From Daphnia carinata (lineage: Eukaryota): a stretch of DNA of 64,000 nucleotides. Positions 48,515 to 63,300 of the stretch are shown one piece after another (the stretch's first letter is position 1; every line of letters begins with the position of its first letter). Location of the stretch: positions 12,338,001-12,402,000 of the forward strand of contig NC_081331.1 of the NCBI RefSeq assembly GCF_022539665.2, given 5' to 3'. A model generated the notes under the pieces. It made no database searches, had not been told where the DNA came from, and saw nothing but the letters and a program-made list of their open reading frames with translations. The translations under genes and the position numbers were made by a program.

Positions 48515-50460
48515 GCGACAATTCGACAATCGTAGTATCGTGAACAAAAAACGATTTAGAAACGTTATCGTAGTCTAATCCTTCTACTAACATCTTCTGT
48601 GGGGTCTGTTGGCTAACACAATGGCTTTCGTGGTATTTGGTTGTGTTATTCTTATGTACACAATACACTCATTGTTGACATCCAGACTATCTTTACAAAA
48701 TATGAGGAAGAACTAAGGCAACTTCAATTGCCTAGCACTGCAAACATTGTAGCTAGTTATCCTGACAAGTACAACTGTTTATAAACTGTTCACTGATTGC
48801 AGCGTGACTAATTGTCTTTTTGCACGGCTTCACCCATCCTTTGTGCGGGTTCTTGCACAAAAGCGTTACATGCTGATATCGTTAAATACGCGCAAGACCC
48901 AACTTAGGGCTGGAAAGCCTTAGAAGACGACGAATATTTGAGCCAAGTGTTATATACGAACAGCAGCGTGAACCGAGGCGCGCCCGGAAACTATTGTGCT
49001 TTTGTATTCATTCATTGGCAAATGGGAGTTTCTATTTTCCTTTCTTTCTTGGCTAAATTATTGTCGTCTGATCAAATTATATCTAGTGCAATACGATTAC
49101 TGTTACGTTTTAACGTTTGTCGATCAATAACAGCAAACATTTTCATATACGACTTCGACCAAAGCTAGTTGTTTGAAAATGAAACTAACCTGCAATTTGT
49201 GGTACGCAGTATTATTCCAAATGTTCGCTCCGATTCATGATTCCCCAGACGACAATTTCCAAATGTTGGCATATTCTATTACATCAGAAGCAGAAACGAG
49301 ACAATGTCTGTAGCTAATAGTTGTATCAGAATCAAAATCGTAGTATCAGAATGTTGGGACATTTCTCGTATACAAACATTGGTTTTAATTACCAATATCT
49401 CGTTACCTCGATTGAAAATATAGTCCTGTTTCGAAACGTACGATGCCCTGAAATTCAAGGCAAATTCTTTGTGGTTTTTCAAGATTTTGTGAGAGACTGA
49501 CAATAATGGCATTGAGGGCCAAAGTATATATAGCCAATCAAATCTCTAGTACAATTAATTCTCCGACTGGCCAGACGCTGCTTGTATCTCTTACCTGCTC
49601 GTATATGAAACTGAGTTAGTTAATTGCCACATCTGTTCCATTTCTTCGTTTAAACTTATTCTTTTATAGCAATTAATGTTAATGTCATTTCTTGTATTAG
49701 TAGGGATTCAAGGTCGCATCGGCTTACCTTCGGCCTTGGCCTTTGCCTGCATAAAACCAAAAGACAAAATGCCAATGTACAAATTTTACTATTGGTAGCT
49801 TCAACACCATCATGGCCTTAATTGAAATTAAACTGATATTGTTTTGATCGTGATCCTCATTTTTTTAATGTCTGCCAAAACTTTGGCCATCACAGTTTTG
49901 CAGTCGGAAAAATAACATGCCCATATGCCATGATGCCAAATAATTCTATTACAAATTGTGTGCTATTGTGGCAATTGGCAACTATGCCGTCCCCGAGTAA
50001 GGGAAACGCAAAGACAATGCAGTCGCGCGGTACAGAGAGCTCCGTATAGTCGTACAGCTGCTGCCGTGGAAACAGGGATGCAGTTTCAACAAGTCGTTTC
50101 TTTATTTTCTCCAGAACAGTCCATTGTGTCTTCAGCAGAAATAAAATTGACAGACATAAAATACCTGTGGCCACAAAAGAAACTTTCATCGCATTTTATT
50201 GCGTAATTGTGTTTTTCGAAGGACAATTGTACTGAGGAACGGTAGCTTTGCAAGAAGAAGTTTTTTTCTCACATGGCTTGTAGCACAAAAAGGCTGGGTT
50301 CAGAATTGATGGCCGTTCAGGTCAGGTATTTACAGCGTCATGTTAAGGAAGGGTTTAAAAAAACGTGAAATAGAGGGAAGGGTCGCCTGGAATCCATTAA
50401 GAAGACCGTGACGAGAGAATTTCCAGTAGTACAATGTGCTGGTGTTCACGTGCAATGTAT

Positions 50461-50945
50461 ATGAAGACAACCATGGCTGTGAAACCCGAATGGGTGATAG
50501 TAAAGTTGCAAGGTAAGACTATTTTCTGAAACTGCCAAGCTGACAAATTATTCACCAATATTTCATTTACACATGTGCATTCATTGCAGTTGTTTCCTGT
50601 TCTCGAATTCGCGCACAGCCAGATGGAATCGTTTTCCTTTTCAACTTCATGAAAGGATTAAGCTCTTTTGGCGGAATTCTTCCCTACCTGGAGCACCGGA
50701 GTTCTTTATTTAACAGGTTAGTCGGCATATTTTAACATTCTTCTTGAATTGTTCGCTAACGACGGTGTCCATAGGTATATTTTCTTGAGTAACTAGTGCG
50801 TGTGGATCGAAGAGCATTTTCACCAATGCAGAATATTTTGTTTGCTGTTAGGGTTATACAAGTTTACACTAAGAAGGTTGCTCTTGTATGAGGTCGCCTT
50901 TACGTGTAATAACAGTGATCGTAATGCCGTATAGGACATGTCTAA
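50461..50945 (+). other. Putative 5' leader exons (to 50512, 50590-50716, from 50775) of a paralogous gene continuing beyond the window
   Basis: ATGGCTGTG, CAG|GTTAGTC..TATTTTAA and TGTCC..AG|G contexts match those at 3732, 4041 and 4158. Confidence 0.5.
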
Positions 50946-53900
50946 GTAGGTTTTGTTGCGTTAACCTGATCAATAATCCTATATCTTAGTGTTAGGCCTC
51001 TTTAATTTCTTCCACTTGCTGGTTAATCTCCTCCACCTCCCCCCCACAAACGTGCGAATTTCTGCCGATTTTGGAGAATATTTATTTTAATTTATTCATC
51101 TGTCATAGTGTCGGGTGTCAAAATCGATAAAAGTCCAATAATATTAGCTTTGGCGATGTCGTTGCCAAAGATAATTTCATGTCAATCTTGTGTACAGTCC
51201 AAATTTCAAAACATTCATAGAAAAGCAATCATATCTTTGCTGCGTCTCATCTCCGTTTTCTGCACTTCATATGAATTTTTTTTTCGTTTTGAATCAGTTC
51301 TTTTTCACTATAGTTGTGGCCTGAGGTATCCGCACGAACGATAACAATGTAACAAAATCAATTTGAGATCTTGCTGGTAAAAATCCGTATTCTTTTGAAC
51401 TATGCCTGTCGTACATGATTTGGCTTTTCTTGCAGTATTTTCGGTTTATAGGAGACATCTTGTATGTACAGTATGTCTCCTTAATACCTATTCACTCTCG
51501 TTGCGATTCTTCTCCTTCAACAAATAGCTAAAAGTTAGTGGATTTCCAAAATGCGTTTCTTTGGAGCTAGGAACCAATGCTGTAAACGCACAGTACGTGG
51601 ATTACTCTACAAAGTAACATGGCAGCTTTCTTTCTTCATTGTGCATTATGTACGTGTGTGTTGAAGAATATCACGCTTGTACAACTTGCAATCAACTCTA
51701 AATTTAACCGAACTTCTTAGTGCTACTTGCCATATTGTTCACATGCAGCTCAAATAACTTTCCCACCAAGCATTTTTATCATGCCGTCGTAACGCGTCCT
51801 GTTTGCTGCCGAATCTTTCTTGAATCGATGATTGAACTTTTGATTTGAGACTTGGAACAAACTTCTTACGTTCGAGGTTGTCCAATTTCACGTGCTCTTC
51901 AGTTTGTCTCATCCATTTGCATAATTTGATTAGATAGCTAGAAATGCACTCATGGCTTTGTGGTGCATACATGCTTTGGGTGGAGGGGGATCTATTGTTA
52001 GAAAACGAATATCATTTGAAGATTCATAAATTTATAATTGCTGCGTACTCTGAAACGGGTCACATAGAACGGAATATTTAAAATGCTTTTAACTTGCACG
52101 TTTTACATGCTCCAACAGCTGTTGACCCACTATTGCGTGAGAGTTTGCGATATTATTTTTATGGTGTAGGAGGATAGTTTAAAACATGACGTGTTTTATT
52201 TGTGGGCGTTTCTCATCAGTACCTCGCCCCACAACTGTCGGGAAATTTAGGTGTACGATCAGACGGCAGCAGGAGAACACTTGTGCATTGAAGAACTCCC
52301 TCCGGTGTCCACATCAAATGTATTTAGTATTGAGCCTTTGTGGTATCCTTTACTATACTTTATGGGTCAGACTAAAGAGTCGAATGACATACCGTACACT
52401 AGAAAATTTATGGTCCGCGTATTGTGGTGCTTGGACTGTACTATTAATTATCGCCACAGCAGAAAATTCACAGCCATATTTTGTCCTATTAAATGAAAGC
52501 ATAACAACTTCGTATCTAAATTCAATCGATTACAATTCAACGAAACTTGTATAGACTGAGAAACCTGGTTTGAAAGGCATTCGAGTAAAAATTGAGTTTA
52601 GAAATCAACAAGAAAAAAAAAGTGATCGATGAAAATTCGATCATTCGGTTCAGGATGCGGGACACAATTGGACTGAGCCGGAGCTAACGTTTCTCAATCT
52701 TCCATTTCCTGTAGATTTCTATACATTTTCCCCCTCCCGTTTGCAAAGCTCAGTGACCTTTTCTTTCTCCTAATCAAAGTGTTGTCGTGCATGGCCGAAC
52801 CTTAACTAAACTGCCTTTATTCTAAGCGGCGTGTATTATGCGGAATTCCAAAATCAAATTCAAATAGACATAGTAAGCGTGATGTAATTATTTATTCACC
52901 TTTCGGTAAAAGCGACAGGCGTGGTTTTATCACTTCTGTGTTTGATGGTAAACAATCTATTTGCATTTTTCGACGGCTAGATTTTTTCCCCTGCCAAATC
53001 GCACAAATGAGAAATTCAAACTTCGTTTAAAATTCAAGAACTTTGAGTTAGCATTGAAAACCATATTCTTGGGTTACGTGTAAAGCTGACTGTCAAACGA
53101 CGTGCAATTACGTACGCCTGTGGCAATCTCTTTAGTGAGGTTATTGCTTCTTTTGCATATCAATATTCCGAAAACCAATGACAGCTTATCGAAATTTCGT
53201 TGAAGGTTGAAGCTTTTGGTCACATGAAATTAATTCCAAAAGTTCTTTGAAGTACAGGCATCCTTTCCCTGCTAATCTCCTTGCGAACAAGCGCTTTTCC
53301 TAGCAAGTAGATCGTTGAGAACATGAATAGAAGTGAGACTAAAGCCAGTTTTTGTCTCGCTTGCACAGAGGTACACTTTCACTATACTTGCCTCCTTGCC
53401 CTTGTGTCTTATATTCTTAATAATCGTAGACCCAAAACAAACGAAATTTTAAAACTGACTAAAGTTGATGAGAGAATCGTCACCTATGCCATCAGTAACA
53501 ATTCATCTGCGTTTTAAATATCAAACGAGATTTCAAAATTTTGAATAATTTGAAAACCCGTGTGTAAGCTGACAAATGGGTGAAAAGATAGAAAACTATC
53601 TTAATGCATTCATCAATTCTATCTTACAGCACAACCGTGCGTTGGTTACGTTCCTCTATTTATAAACTTTGGGGCGCGTGCTTGTAGGCAACTTGTATCT
53701 TGCTTCATATGTACACTAAGCAAAGATAGTGAATGTGTCACATGCGTGATGGATGCGACTGCAAATGGATAGTAAACTTCCTTTAGAACAAAAAATTGAC
53801 TTGCTTTTTGCGAGAATCTACAGAATCTTACTCTAGTTGTTCGCTTTAAACCGTGTGTAAAAGAAGTCGGCTAAGCTCATCCGTTTTGTTTTGGGAGATC

Positions 53901-56900
53901 CGTCTTTGTGGCAATTTCGATTGTCTGGTTAACTACTTCTTTGCGTTGTGTCTAACTTGTAGGCGCTAAATTCCCGCAAACGATCTCCAGTTGGCACGTA
54001 ATTACTCTATTGTAGAGGGTTGTAAAGACGTTGTTGTGACTCACAATATTTACTATGCGGTCTCGGAATTTGTAACTCGAATTGTCGGAATTAGTGTTAA
54101 AAATGCCCCCTCAACTGCGTGCTTACGAGACCCTTTCTATACCTATCACGTAAAAGTTAGCATCGGCCTTTGTTCTCGAAGGGGCGTTAATGGTCATTGG
54201 TGAAGATCAAGTCCGTCGACATCAATTCAGCAAAACAACCAGCCCATTCCCGTGGCAGGCAAAGTCCCACTAAGCCTTTTCTTCTTTTATGTTGCCTCGT
54301 ATTTTTTTTTTTTTGTTTTTTTTTTTATTTGTGGAGGGGGATGGGTCCTTGCCATTATTTGCCTTACGTTCTTACGATTCTTTTTAGTATTTTTACCCTG
54401 CTGCTGGACTTCATTCCGATGGGTGAGGGAAATCATGCGTGGGGCACTTTGTAGCATTCTAGGGTAGAGTGTGCAACATCACCGATTCACTCGTATCACG
54501 CGGGGAATTGCAATTTCAGTGTAATCGGCCATTCTTTCATTCCTATCGCCCAACTAATGGCGATCCCACTTCTGTCACGTAGGACTTATGCGAAGAAGAA
54601 AAGCGCTGCGTTCCGCATTCAAATGTTATATACTGCGTGTTCGTAACCTTTGCCTATTGTTTTGTTGTTATTTTATTTTTTAAACTTCACTATTTTTAAC
54701 AGGCCATTGCCTATTTGTCGAAATAGGTTCTTTTGCGAAATAGCTTAGTTGGCGAGAGAATATTGTTCGCCATGCTCTCCTGGATTGAATGAAATTTGGA
54801 ATGTTTTAAAAACAAAGGTTACAAAGCTAGCAAACAAAGTTTGATCTGTCGCATTTTCTTTTTTCTTGCTGACAATTTCTTGGATCGTAGTCGCACTAAG
54901 ACAGGACTGCTAACTAGCAACCCCTTGAGCCAACTCTGTCCTCATCCTGGTGCACCTTTTTCACGCAGCAATAACTGGTGGTTCTTATTTAAGGAATAGC
55001 CGTTTTTGTTTTCCTTGGTTTCCCTATTCGATTGGGTTGATATTATTGAGCTAGGGCTGCCTATTGATCGAAGTTTTTCCCGTTCCATTGCCTTCCAGGC
55101 ATTTATGATACAGAACAACCCAACTAAACAGAATTCTTCAATCATATGGTAAATATAGGGATAGGGGAGGGAGGGCTGGTTTCAGTTGTTGTTGTAATGG
55201 CTACGCGAATCTTGCCATTACATCCGCATTTCACCCGTGACGGAATTGTTTTATCCCAGCTGTTCCTTATACGTTTTCCCCCTTATTTTAGTAGGATGGA
55301 GTTACAGTTCATCCAAAACTTGGTTCGCCTATATACAGTATATATATAAAAACAACAATTTATTGCACTAAGAATCACTGAGCCCAGAATGTGACCATGT
55401 GGTGGACGTTTCAAGTCGGTTGAATTCACATATGTATGACAATTCATATAGTTTCTCAGGCCAGATGAACCCGCACAACATTTACTGATATGGCATAGGC
55501 GTAAATACACTCGCAGGTGGTGCAGCGGATCGTTCAACTGCGGGACGCTAAGCTTTCGCCCGTAGCAGAGAAAAAGAAAGTAATAACAACCGAGCCTCCA
55601 GTAACAAACGCGTTGGAATATAACGCAATCGTATAGTGAATATAACAGGTCGATGAACAAAAGGAAGTATTTTATGTCAAATCTATTTCTTTTTTGTTTT
55701 CGGCTTCTTTTCACCGATTTTTGGTGATGAAGACGTGTCCTACGCAAACTTTTTTTTCCTCATAACACTGGAATGTCTGTTTTACTATGAGTTCTACAAC
55801 ACCGCATCCTCGCAGCAACATTCTCTTTTCGCTTTATAACTCCCAAAATTTCAGTTTTCCCTATTTTATTTTTGTATTTTTACAAAGAATTGCAATGCAA
55901 GAATTTCATTGCTTTGCCATTTTTCTCGTTCATCCAAGGTTCTTGTTTACAAGACGTGAAATTCTTTGAGCTATTTTGTGAAACGTCAAATATCGACCAC
56001 CGGATACATCCCATTTTTCTTTTGTATCCTTTGTTTTATTGACAACGCGTTTCTCTTTTCAGTATTACAGCTCGCGTTCTGTGATTTGTTTTTTCCTTAC
56101 TTTTCTCCACTTTGCCTATAGTACTCTTTCTCTGAACTGTCAAAAAAAATTTCCATTCAAGCCCAAGCCATACACGCGAAAACAAAAGCACGCACTACAC
56201 ATGCGTGGTTACTACATATACGTACTAAAGGACGATCCCGCCCCTACAGGCCCTTTTCTTCTTTAAACATCGGGTTTTTGGCATGCAGTCTTTCGGCGGT
56301 TGTCAGGCTCGTCGGGAGTTGTTGTTGGCTTGTTGTTTTTACTTTCTCTCTGAGTTTCAAGGCGAAACGCATAGAAGCGGATCTCTCGACTTTGTGGCAA
56401 ACAAAAATTCGTACTATTTCTAACAGCAAAATTTACGGCGTTGTTTTTTTTTTTTTCGTCTAATAGATTTAAGATTTGCTTGTTGTGATAAAAGAGAAAT
56501 CGGTTGAACTTAGTGGTTGCGAACTAGTGAAATTGTGACTTTACTTGCTCCAGCCAAGACGAAGTAATGGAGTAGAACCAATTCTGGTTAATAACACCTA
56601 ATATAAGGATCCTCAACCCCTCAAATTTGCGGTTAACAGGTCAACGCCTGCAAATGCCGATTCACGGTTACACGTAGACCAAGGTAGAGAAAGTGAAACA
56701 AGGGTTCCTCGTATCCTGTCTATCGTAAGTTATTGTTGTTGACGCAAGTAGCGGCCGTGGGCTATCTAGCAAGAGAGCGCCATCATTGCCTGCCCTGTTA
56801 AGTGTACGGTAATGGCTAGAGAGGGGTTATATACCAATGCGTGTTAAAGAAATGGGTTGGTTACAAGCTGAATTGTGTTGGATAGTTGCCAAAAGCGGTA

Positions 56901-57322
56901 CTTTTATTTATTTATTTTGCCAAAAAAGGATAAGGAGGCTTATAATATAATAATAAAAAAAATACGAGTAAAGTAAAGAATTGACGTACGCTGTATTTGT
57001 GTGGATGATGGTTCAATGTACCCATTTGTTTTATATTTCCAACTTTCACCAACCGACACGTAAGTTGTGTTGTATTCGGAGAATACCGCGCACATTTGTT
57101 TGTAAATGGGTGTGTAAAACATAAGAATCATGAGTTGTGCTCATCGTCTCGTTTTTCTTTGGCATCTCGTATCGTACCTTATAAACATTGTTTAGCTTAT
57201 CACAGTTTTCACTCCGTAAATTAACTACGCTGTAATGCAATTATTTAAAAAAAAAAAAACTAAATTTAATGTAATTGGCCTTCGTATTATGTATCGCTCA
57301 CTACCATTTTCATTTGTTTCAG

Positions 57323-57375
57323 GAAACCACTGCAGATTGCGGCCTGTGCCACAGAATCTTCTGTCATCAATTGCG
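57323..57375 (+). other. 53-nt non-coding exon, paralog of 13642-13690
   Basis: tttcag|GAAACCACTGCAG...TGTCATCAATTGCG|gtaagttttt versus ttgcag|GAATCATCGCAG...TGTCACCGGTTGCG|gtaagttttt. Confidence 0.65.
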
Positions 57376-60300
57376 GTAAGTTTTTATATTTAACCTTTAC
57401 ATTCAAGGGTAGTTAACATACGATCTTTTTTATATTTCTTCAATGGCTTCTGAGCGATGAAAGTTTTCAGTTTTTGAACCGCTTTTCTTTACGAACTAAA
57501 TTACCGATGTTTACGTAAAAATTGCTAACGAAATCGTGGGTCATTTTGAAAGGGGACGTAATTGAAAGAATGATTGCCAAACGGTGTCCTTCACGTTGGC
57601 TTACTGAAAATTCCGTCTGTTTGGGGTCAGCTTGTCACTAGCTATTAAGCGGATGACCGATTCGCCACATGATTCTGGGATGACGTTTCCCGCATTGTAA
57701 TTGCAATCGGCTCGATAGGCAGTTGTCTAGACAACTCTTCTTAACTCCCTCTCCCTCGCTTATATCTCCTCGAAAGCATTGTTCCGACTGCCAGCTCTTC
57801 ATTGGCAGACCGGCAAAAACCTTAATTTCCTGCTTACCGTTTTGCAATAGATTGCTTGATTTCATATTCTTTGGCTTCTTTCTGCTACCTTATTTTTTGG
57901 GTGAAAATCGGTTGAACGAGCCTTGATGTTTTGCATGTCGTTGCAACTATCACGAAAAGCTCCACCCCGTACTGTAATTCAACTATGCCCGCCCTAAACT
58001 TTAACATTTTCTTCATACCTTGGCGGACGGAAAAACGGCTACCTATTTTGTGACGCTGTTACCATGTTGAAATCTTTCAAGAAGATGTTGTTGATCGGCT
58101 GACAGCTCCATGCCACCTTTATGGTAGCACTTTTTTTTTTTATCAAAGAAGGGTTGCTCCAAGTACATAACAGCCAAGGAAGGAAATAAATCAATTTTAT
58201 TTTATCCTATTTATTTCCTTTGAAAGCAGTGTCGATCACTTGGCTATCAAATGGTTTTGTTTCCGCCACACTTCTGCTGAATTAGCGCATTGTTTTTCTT
58301 TCCGTCCTTCTCTTTGAATATCGCATCGTTTCAAAGTGTAACTTTCTTCCGATTCGTTGGAAGAACAGGATGACGAGGTTCGCTAAATCTGCAGGTCGAT
58401 AAAGAATTTGTCTTTATCAACTTAAAATTGAATTGCAAGTCTTGTTTTTCCTCTTATCCTCCAGTCCTATTCTTCTTTCGTTTGCTTATAACAGACAAAT
58501 TGCTGCTTGTTATAAAACTAACAATGTTGACACGAAAAATTTGTTTTCTAGTGTTTGCCAACACATCGTTGCGAATTCCTTGACCTCAATTTTCCCCCCA
58601 TTCTTTCCAACTTAGTTATTAATATTCCCCCCCCCCCCCAAAAAAAAAAAAAGAAGCGAAGGACGCGCGTTCTTACCTGATTTTTGTTTCACATCAGGTG
58701 GCATTGCACTTTTTTCTTATACAGTACCCAACTTGCGAAACCTTTAACTGTAAAGAAGTCGGTTGACCGTTTGAATCCCAAAACATGAACAGGGTTCTTC
58801 CAATTGCAACCACGCCCTGGGCTTCTTTTTTCCCATCCAATGATTGCGACATTTCTTGAACGGCCTTGTCAAGCGTGTCCACTGCCCAGTTATCTGCCCA
58901 ACGTATTGATCGAGGGCAGATTTAAAGCTTTTTAAATGAACGCAGGGACATCTGTATCGTTAAAAGGAAGACTGATCCACCAAAATGGAAAGCGTAGCAA
59001 TCCTTCCTTTCAATTACATTTATCATGCAACTTAGTGGGAAAATTCAGATCAGATTGGCAATGGATTTCCACAGAGCTGACATTGCTGAACGAAAAGTTG
59101 ATCACTAACATAGAAGCTCTAAAACATGTTGAAATTGCGCCTTCGTGTTTTTGCGGGTTTTACCTTCGTCGTTTGGTCGATGATGATTTGGCTCAACCCG
59201 ATTGCGCAAGAAAACGTCCAGAAATCCTTGCCAAATCGTGCTGCATGAGCACACTGACAATTTCTTGCATTTTGATTTATTAGCTTTTCACGATCACGAA
59301 CGCCGCATCCATAGCGGTATAAACCACTAGTTATAAAGCTCATTTTTTCCCCTTTTTACGCTGTGTCCCGAGTTTTTAGTTGGCCCATTTCGAATAGCAA
59401 GCGTACGCAGTAAAATTGCAACGAAGAAAAATTGAAAATCAAAACTCTACATTTATTTTTCGTGTAACGGGTTTTTACGAGCCCACTAACGAATCGTTGT
59501 AAGAAAAAACTGTAATCAAATTCTGCTTCGCATACCACGGTAGCTTTGCTATACATTGAGTAACACTACGCCTTTTGTTTTGCCTCTGTGTCTTTTGCAA
59601 CATCATTGCAAAGAAAACAAACAGGCCTTTCTTCCTACGTTGTTTGTATTATTTCAATGAACAAGCAAAATATGATTTTATTTTTTCATTTTAAACATCG
59701 TAATTTTGCTTTTTGCTTCTTCATCGAGAACGACTGCCCACAGCTGGGGCATTAGTCTTTACATTTTTTTTTTTTGTAGACGATTTCATACACTGTTATG
59801 ATTTTAGTTTCAACATACGAGGCTTAAGATATGGTTACGTATCCATTAATACTTTGCTTGAATCTCTAACTCTCAGCTTTCGGTGGGGGAGGGGGGCTAA
59901 TAAGGACTGTTAATCTAGCGCTTTATCTCTCTTAAAAAAAAAATTCAATTACGCTGAGATAGTAGAATTTCATCCCCGTTCATTTCTGGACTGGGTATCG
60001 ATTGGTGAGAGTGAATTATTGATCGCCGATATCTCCGAGATGTCGCACTCTGAAGCAATTTTTTTCCGGAACCATTCCCTGTTTACTACACAAGAGTAGC
60101 GTACAAAGCTCGTAAGCAAAAAATCGGTAAGTTCCTTAACATCTGCTTTGAGAACAACGTAATTACGATCCCGAAAATGAGTTCCTTCGTAATGAAAGCC
60201 CGATGCCTTTGATTTGTTAATATCATGCATACCACTAAAAGCATAAGACCCATTGTTAATATCTAGTAAAAGCCAGCAAATGACGTGTGCATCTCCACGA

Positions 60301-63300
60301 TGGGCTCTTTCGCACTCTGTTTCCCGAAGTACCGACGTTCAAATCTTTTTGTCCAACAATATCATCTCTCCTTTAATGACTGCCCTATACATCTTCGGCG
60401 GAGTATAGCTATTTGATACAACGTTTGATTTCCTTTGTAAAAAAAACTCTACGACGATACCGTAAAGATGGAGATATTATGGCGATACGATTCGTATAAC
60501 AGTGTGAGGTGGCGTGATGGTTTTATGACTGAATCTTGAAGGTATTACAGCTCCCTCTGATCAACAAACTGCTGATGAAATTCACACGACTAGTATCGAT
60601 TGCACTTTGAGGGTGTGTCCCACTCCGCCTTTCTTACTTATTCGTCACTATTGAAAGGAATAAAAGTTTGCGTTTACGACGGGGTGACAGGCGGATATGG
60701 CTTATTTCCTTCTGTTGACTACTCTGTTGTCTCGATAACCCTTCTTTTTTTTATTGTGATGTCTGCGTTCCCCGAACGGCCAATAAATGAACGATAGAAA
60801 AAGGCTCCCACTTGATCTAGATTTAGACTGCGGATGACACGCAACTCACAGTTTCTGTTGTTCCGCCCTAGTTTGCGTTTCGCAAACAACACATTGAATG
60901 TTTTACGTTCGTTAGACCGTTAGAATACAATAATCCCTCGAAATCCCGACTACTGAGTGCGGTTTACGCGATGTCCGTGCCGTTTGTGAGTTTTGCAAGC
61001 GATTAGCGTAACGGTTACGTTAGACGGTATAATTCCTGGACCTCGGCCAAATAGGGAATCGGAAGGACGACATACAGACCTATTTGCATCATCATCACAG
61101 TATCGGTGTTCGTTTGGAATCGAAATTCTATTTCCCTGTTGCCCCTCCTCCGGCTCTTAAGCCGTAATAGGCAATCAACTCCGTTCATGAATATCTAAAA
61201 AGCTCATTCTTGAGCCTTTATATCTGAAGTATACTCTTTTCTCTCAACATAGTACGAAAGGCGGTATCGTCTATTTCTGGTTCAATTATTTCGTGATTTT
61301 TTCACCAGTGATTTTCATTCGGAATCGTCGTCGATAACTTGCCAACTGGCGGATGTCTGGCAACCAATTTCGTTTCCTTGTGATGGATAATATTTGTGGG
61401 TCGCGTAATGATCCATGCGGGATTCAGCCGACGTCATAAACCGTTAGCGCTTCATCACGCGTTGCCGAGGTTGCTGATGGAGGTAGGACCGTGAAGTGTT
61501 TGCCGCTGACGAAGCGGATGCGTCACCAAAGGGTTAATCAAATCCATCAGTTGCAATTTTCCTTCTGGCTCGGTATTTTCTGGGGGAAAAAGATAACGAG
61601 GAATCCTTATAGAATATCGGAGACGTTCATGAAGTAGCACATGAAACAGACTTCCGGCTTGCGTTGCATTTTCAGAACATTTACAAGTGTTGTGACTAGG
61701 TAAAGTGCGTCGTGATTAAAGCAGAGCGTTTGGGTACGGAAATAAACTTAGGGCAATTAACAAGGCAAACGAAAACAACAGCTAGACTGCGTTGATGGGT
61801 CTCTGAACTCGACCGGATATTCGTAAAAGATCGACCGAAATCAGTAAAACTGAGAGAGAACTCCTGTCTAAAAACCAAATTTACGTTGGGTGAGGTGGAT
61901 GTTTCCCGTACTTACAATTGCTTTTCCCCCCATCTCGTTTTGTCCGTTACGCTCGTTTTATGTCTCTACAATTCCCGCTTCCTCCATGAACATGCCAGTT
62001 TTATGATAAGCCAGCTGCTAGTAGAGAATAACAACAATGAACTGAAGAGTCAACAAACTTGCAAGGCCATGCCACCCAATAGAATTTCCGTGGTACACTG
62101 TAAAGTTCTAGAGTACATCCATTTGTCTATTGTCTTACAAATCCATTTCGTTCCTCATTTTCACAGCGAACCATTGGTGATTGTCTTTTTTCTCCATCTC
62201 TCTGGTTTATTATTGCGCAATAAGACAAATAGAAACCGCTGTGTTTCATACAAAACGCGTACGTCATGCAATTAAACGGTTGCAGAACAGAACTTCTTCT
62301 CCAATAAAAGCCATTTGCGTCACTATGCTATTTATATATTTTTTTTATTCAAATGCACGCGTTCGTACTCGTCAGTTATTAAACATTGATTTTTGCACGT
62401 CAGAACTCAGGGAAACCTGACGTCGAGCGCTTTGTCTTTGGGAAATCACTTGCAGTCGGAACTTTAACGAGGGAAGATGAACCAAAAAGATACAGAAGAT
62501 GCCGGTACCAGGTGGAAACAGATCAAAGCGGGTAGAATGTATGGAAGTTTCCATTTTATTAGGAAGAGGGTCGCACTGCCATGTAATTGCCGATATAGCA
62601 TGCTTCATTTTGCGTGTCAAAAAATTGCTCGAAACGTCAGGTTTTCCAAAGCCTGCAATGCTCGGACAATGGAGGACTATCGCATGCTGAGTCGCACTTT
62701 TGGGAACAGTTTTCATATCTTGAGATTGCGTTCAACTGTGTTTTTGTTTCACATCTTCGCCAAGAAGTGATTGTATGCCATGCAAACCTGAAATTCTACG
62801 TCGTGCCAAGGTCAATCAATTATACAATGTGGCTGGCACTCGTTGCTTGATCGATTTTGTTGTGAAACAATGAAACCACAGACGTGACATTGAGACCTCA
62901 GTTGCATACGCGGATCTTTATTTGTATTGTTTTTTTTATTATTCTTACGAGCACGAGAAGGGACCGAGAGATTCAATCTGTGGTAATCCCGCACGAAAGA
63001 GGGGTGGCTCATAGAATGAATCGGGCATTTGCAATCTTTTGCGTTTGCAGCAAGTCAGTTACACAGTGAAAATGTTTTCACTAGTACAGTTGACGTTTAA
63101 GTTAGTGAATCTACCGAACTAGAGCCAACAGAATGTTGATCATTTTCGCCAATTTAATACGTACGCTTGTCGTGCAAAGAATTTTCTTCGTGAATATTTT
63201 TTTGCTAAGGTAGTACAGTGGTTGAATGTTGAATTGGATACGTGTATGGTTTTATAGATAAAACGATCGATTAATTTTCATTGTTTAGTCCCTTATCAAC

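Noticed and set aside
49141..49610. 12-bp inverted repeat TTTCATATACGA about 470 bp apart (possible MITE)
   Set aside because: Does not extend, no target-site duplication, no second copy in window
49890..50189. 99-aa minus ORF resembling a type II membrane protein start
   Set aside because: No recognisable domain or downstream coding exons; a donor site after codon 8 suggests the rest is intronic
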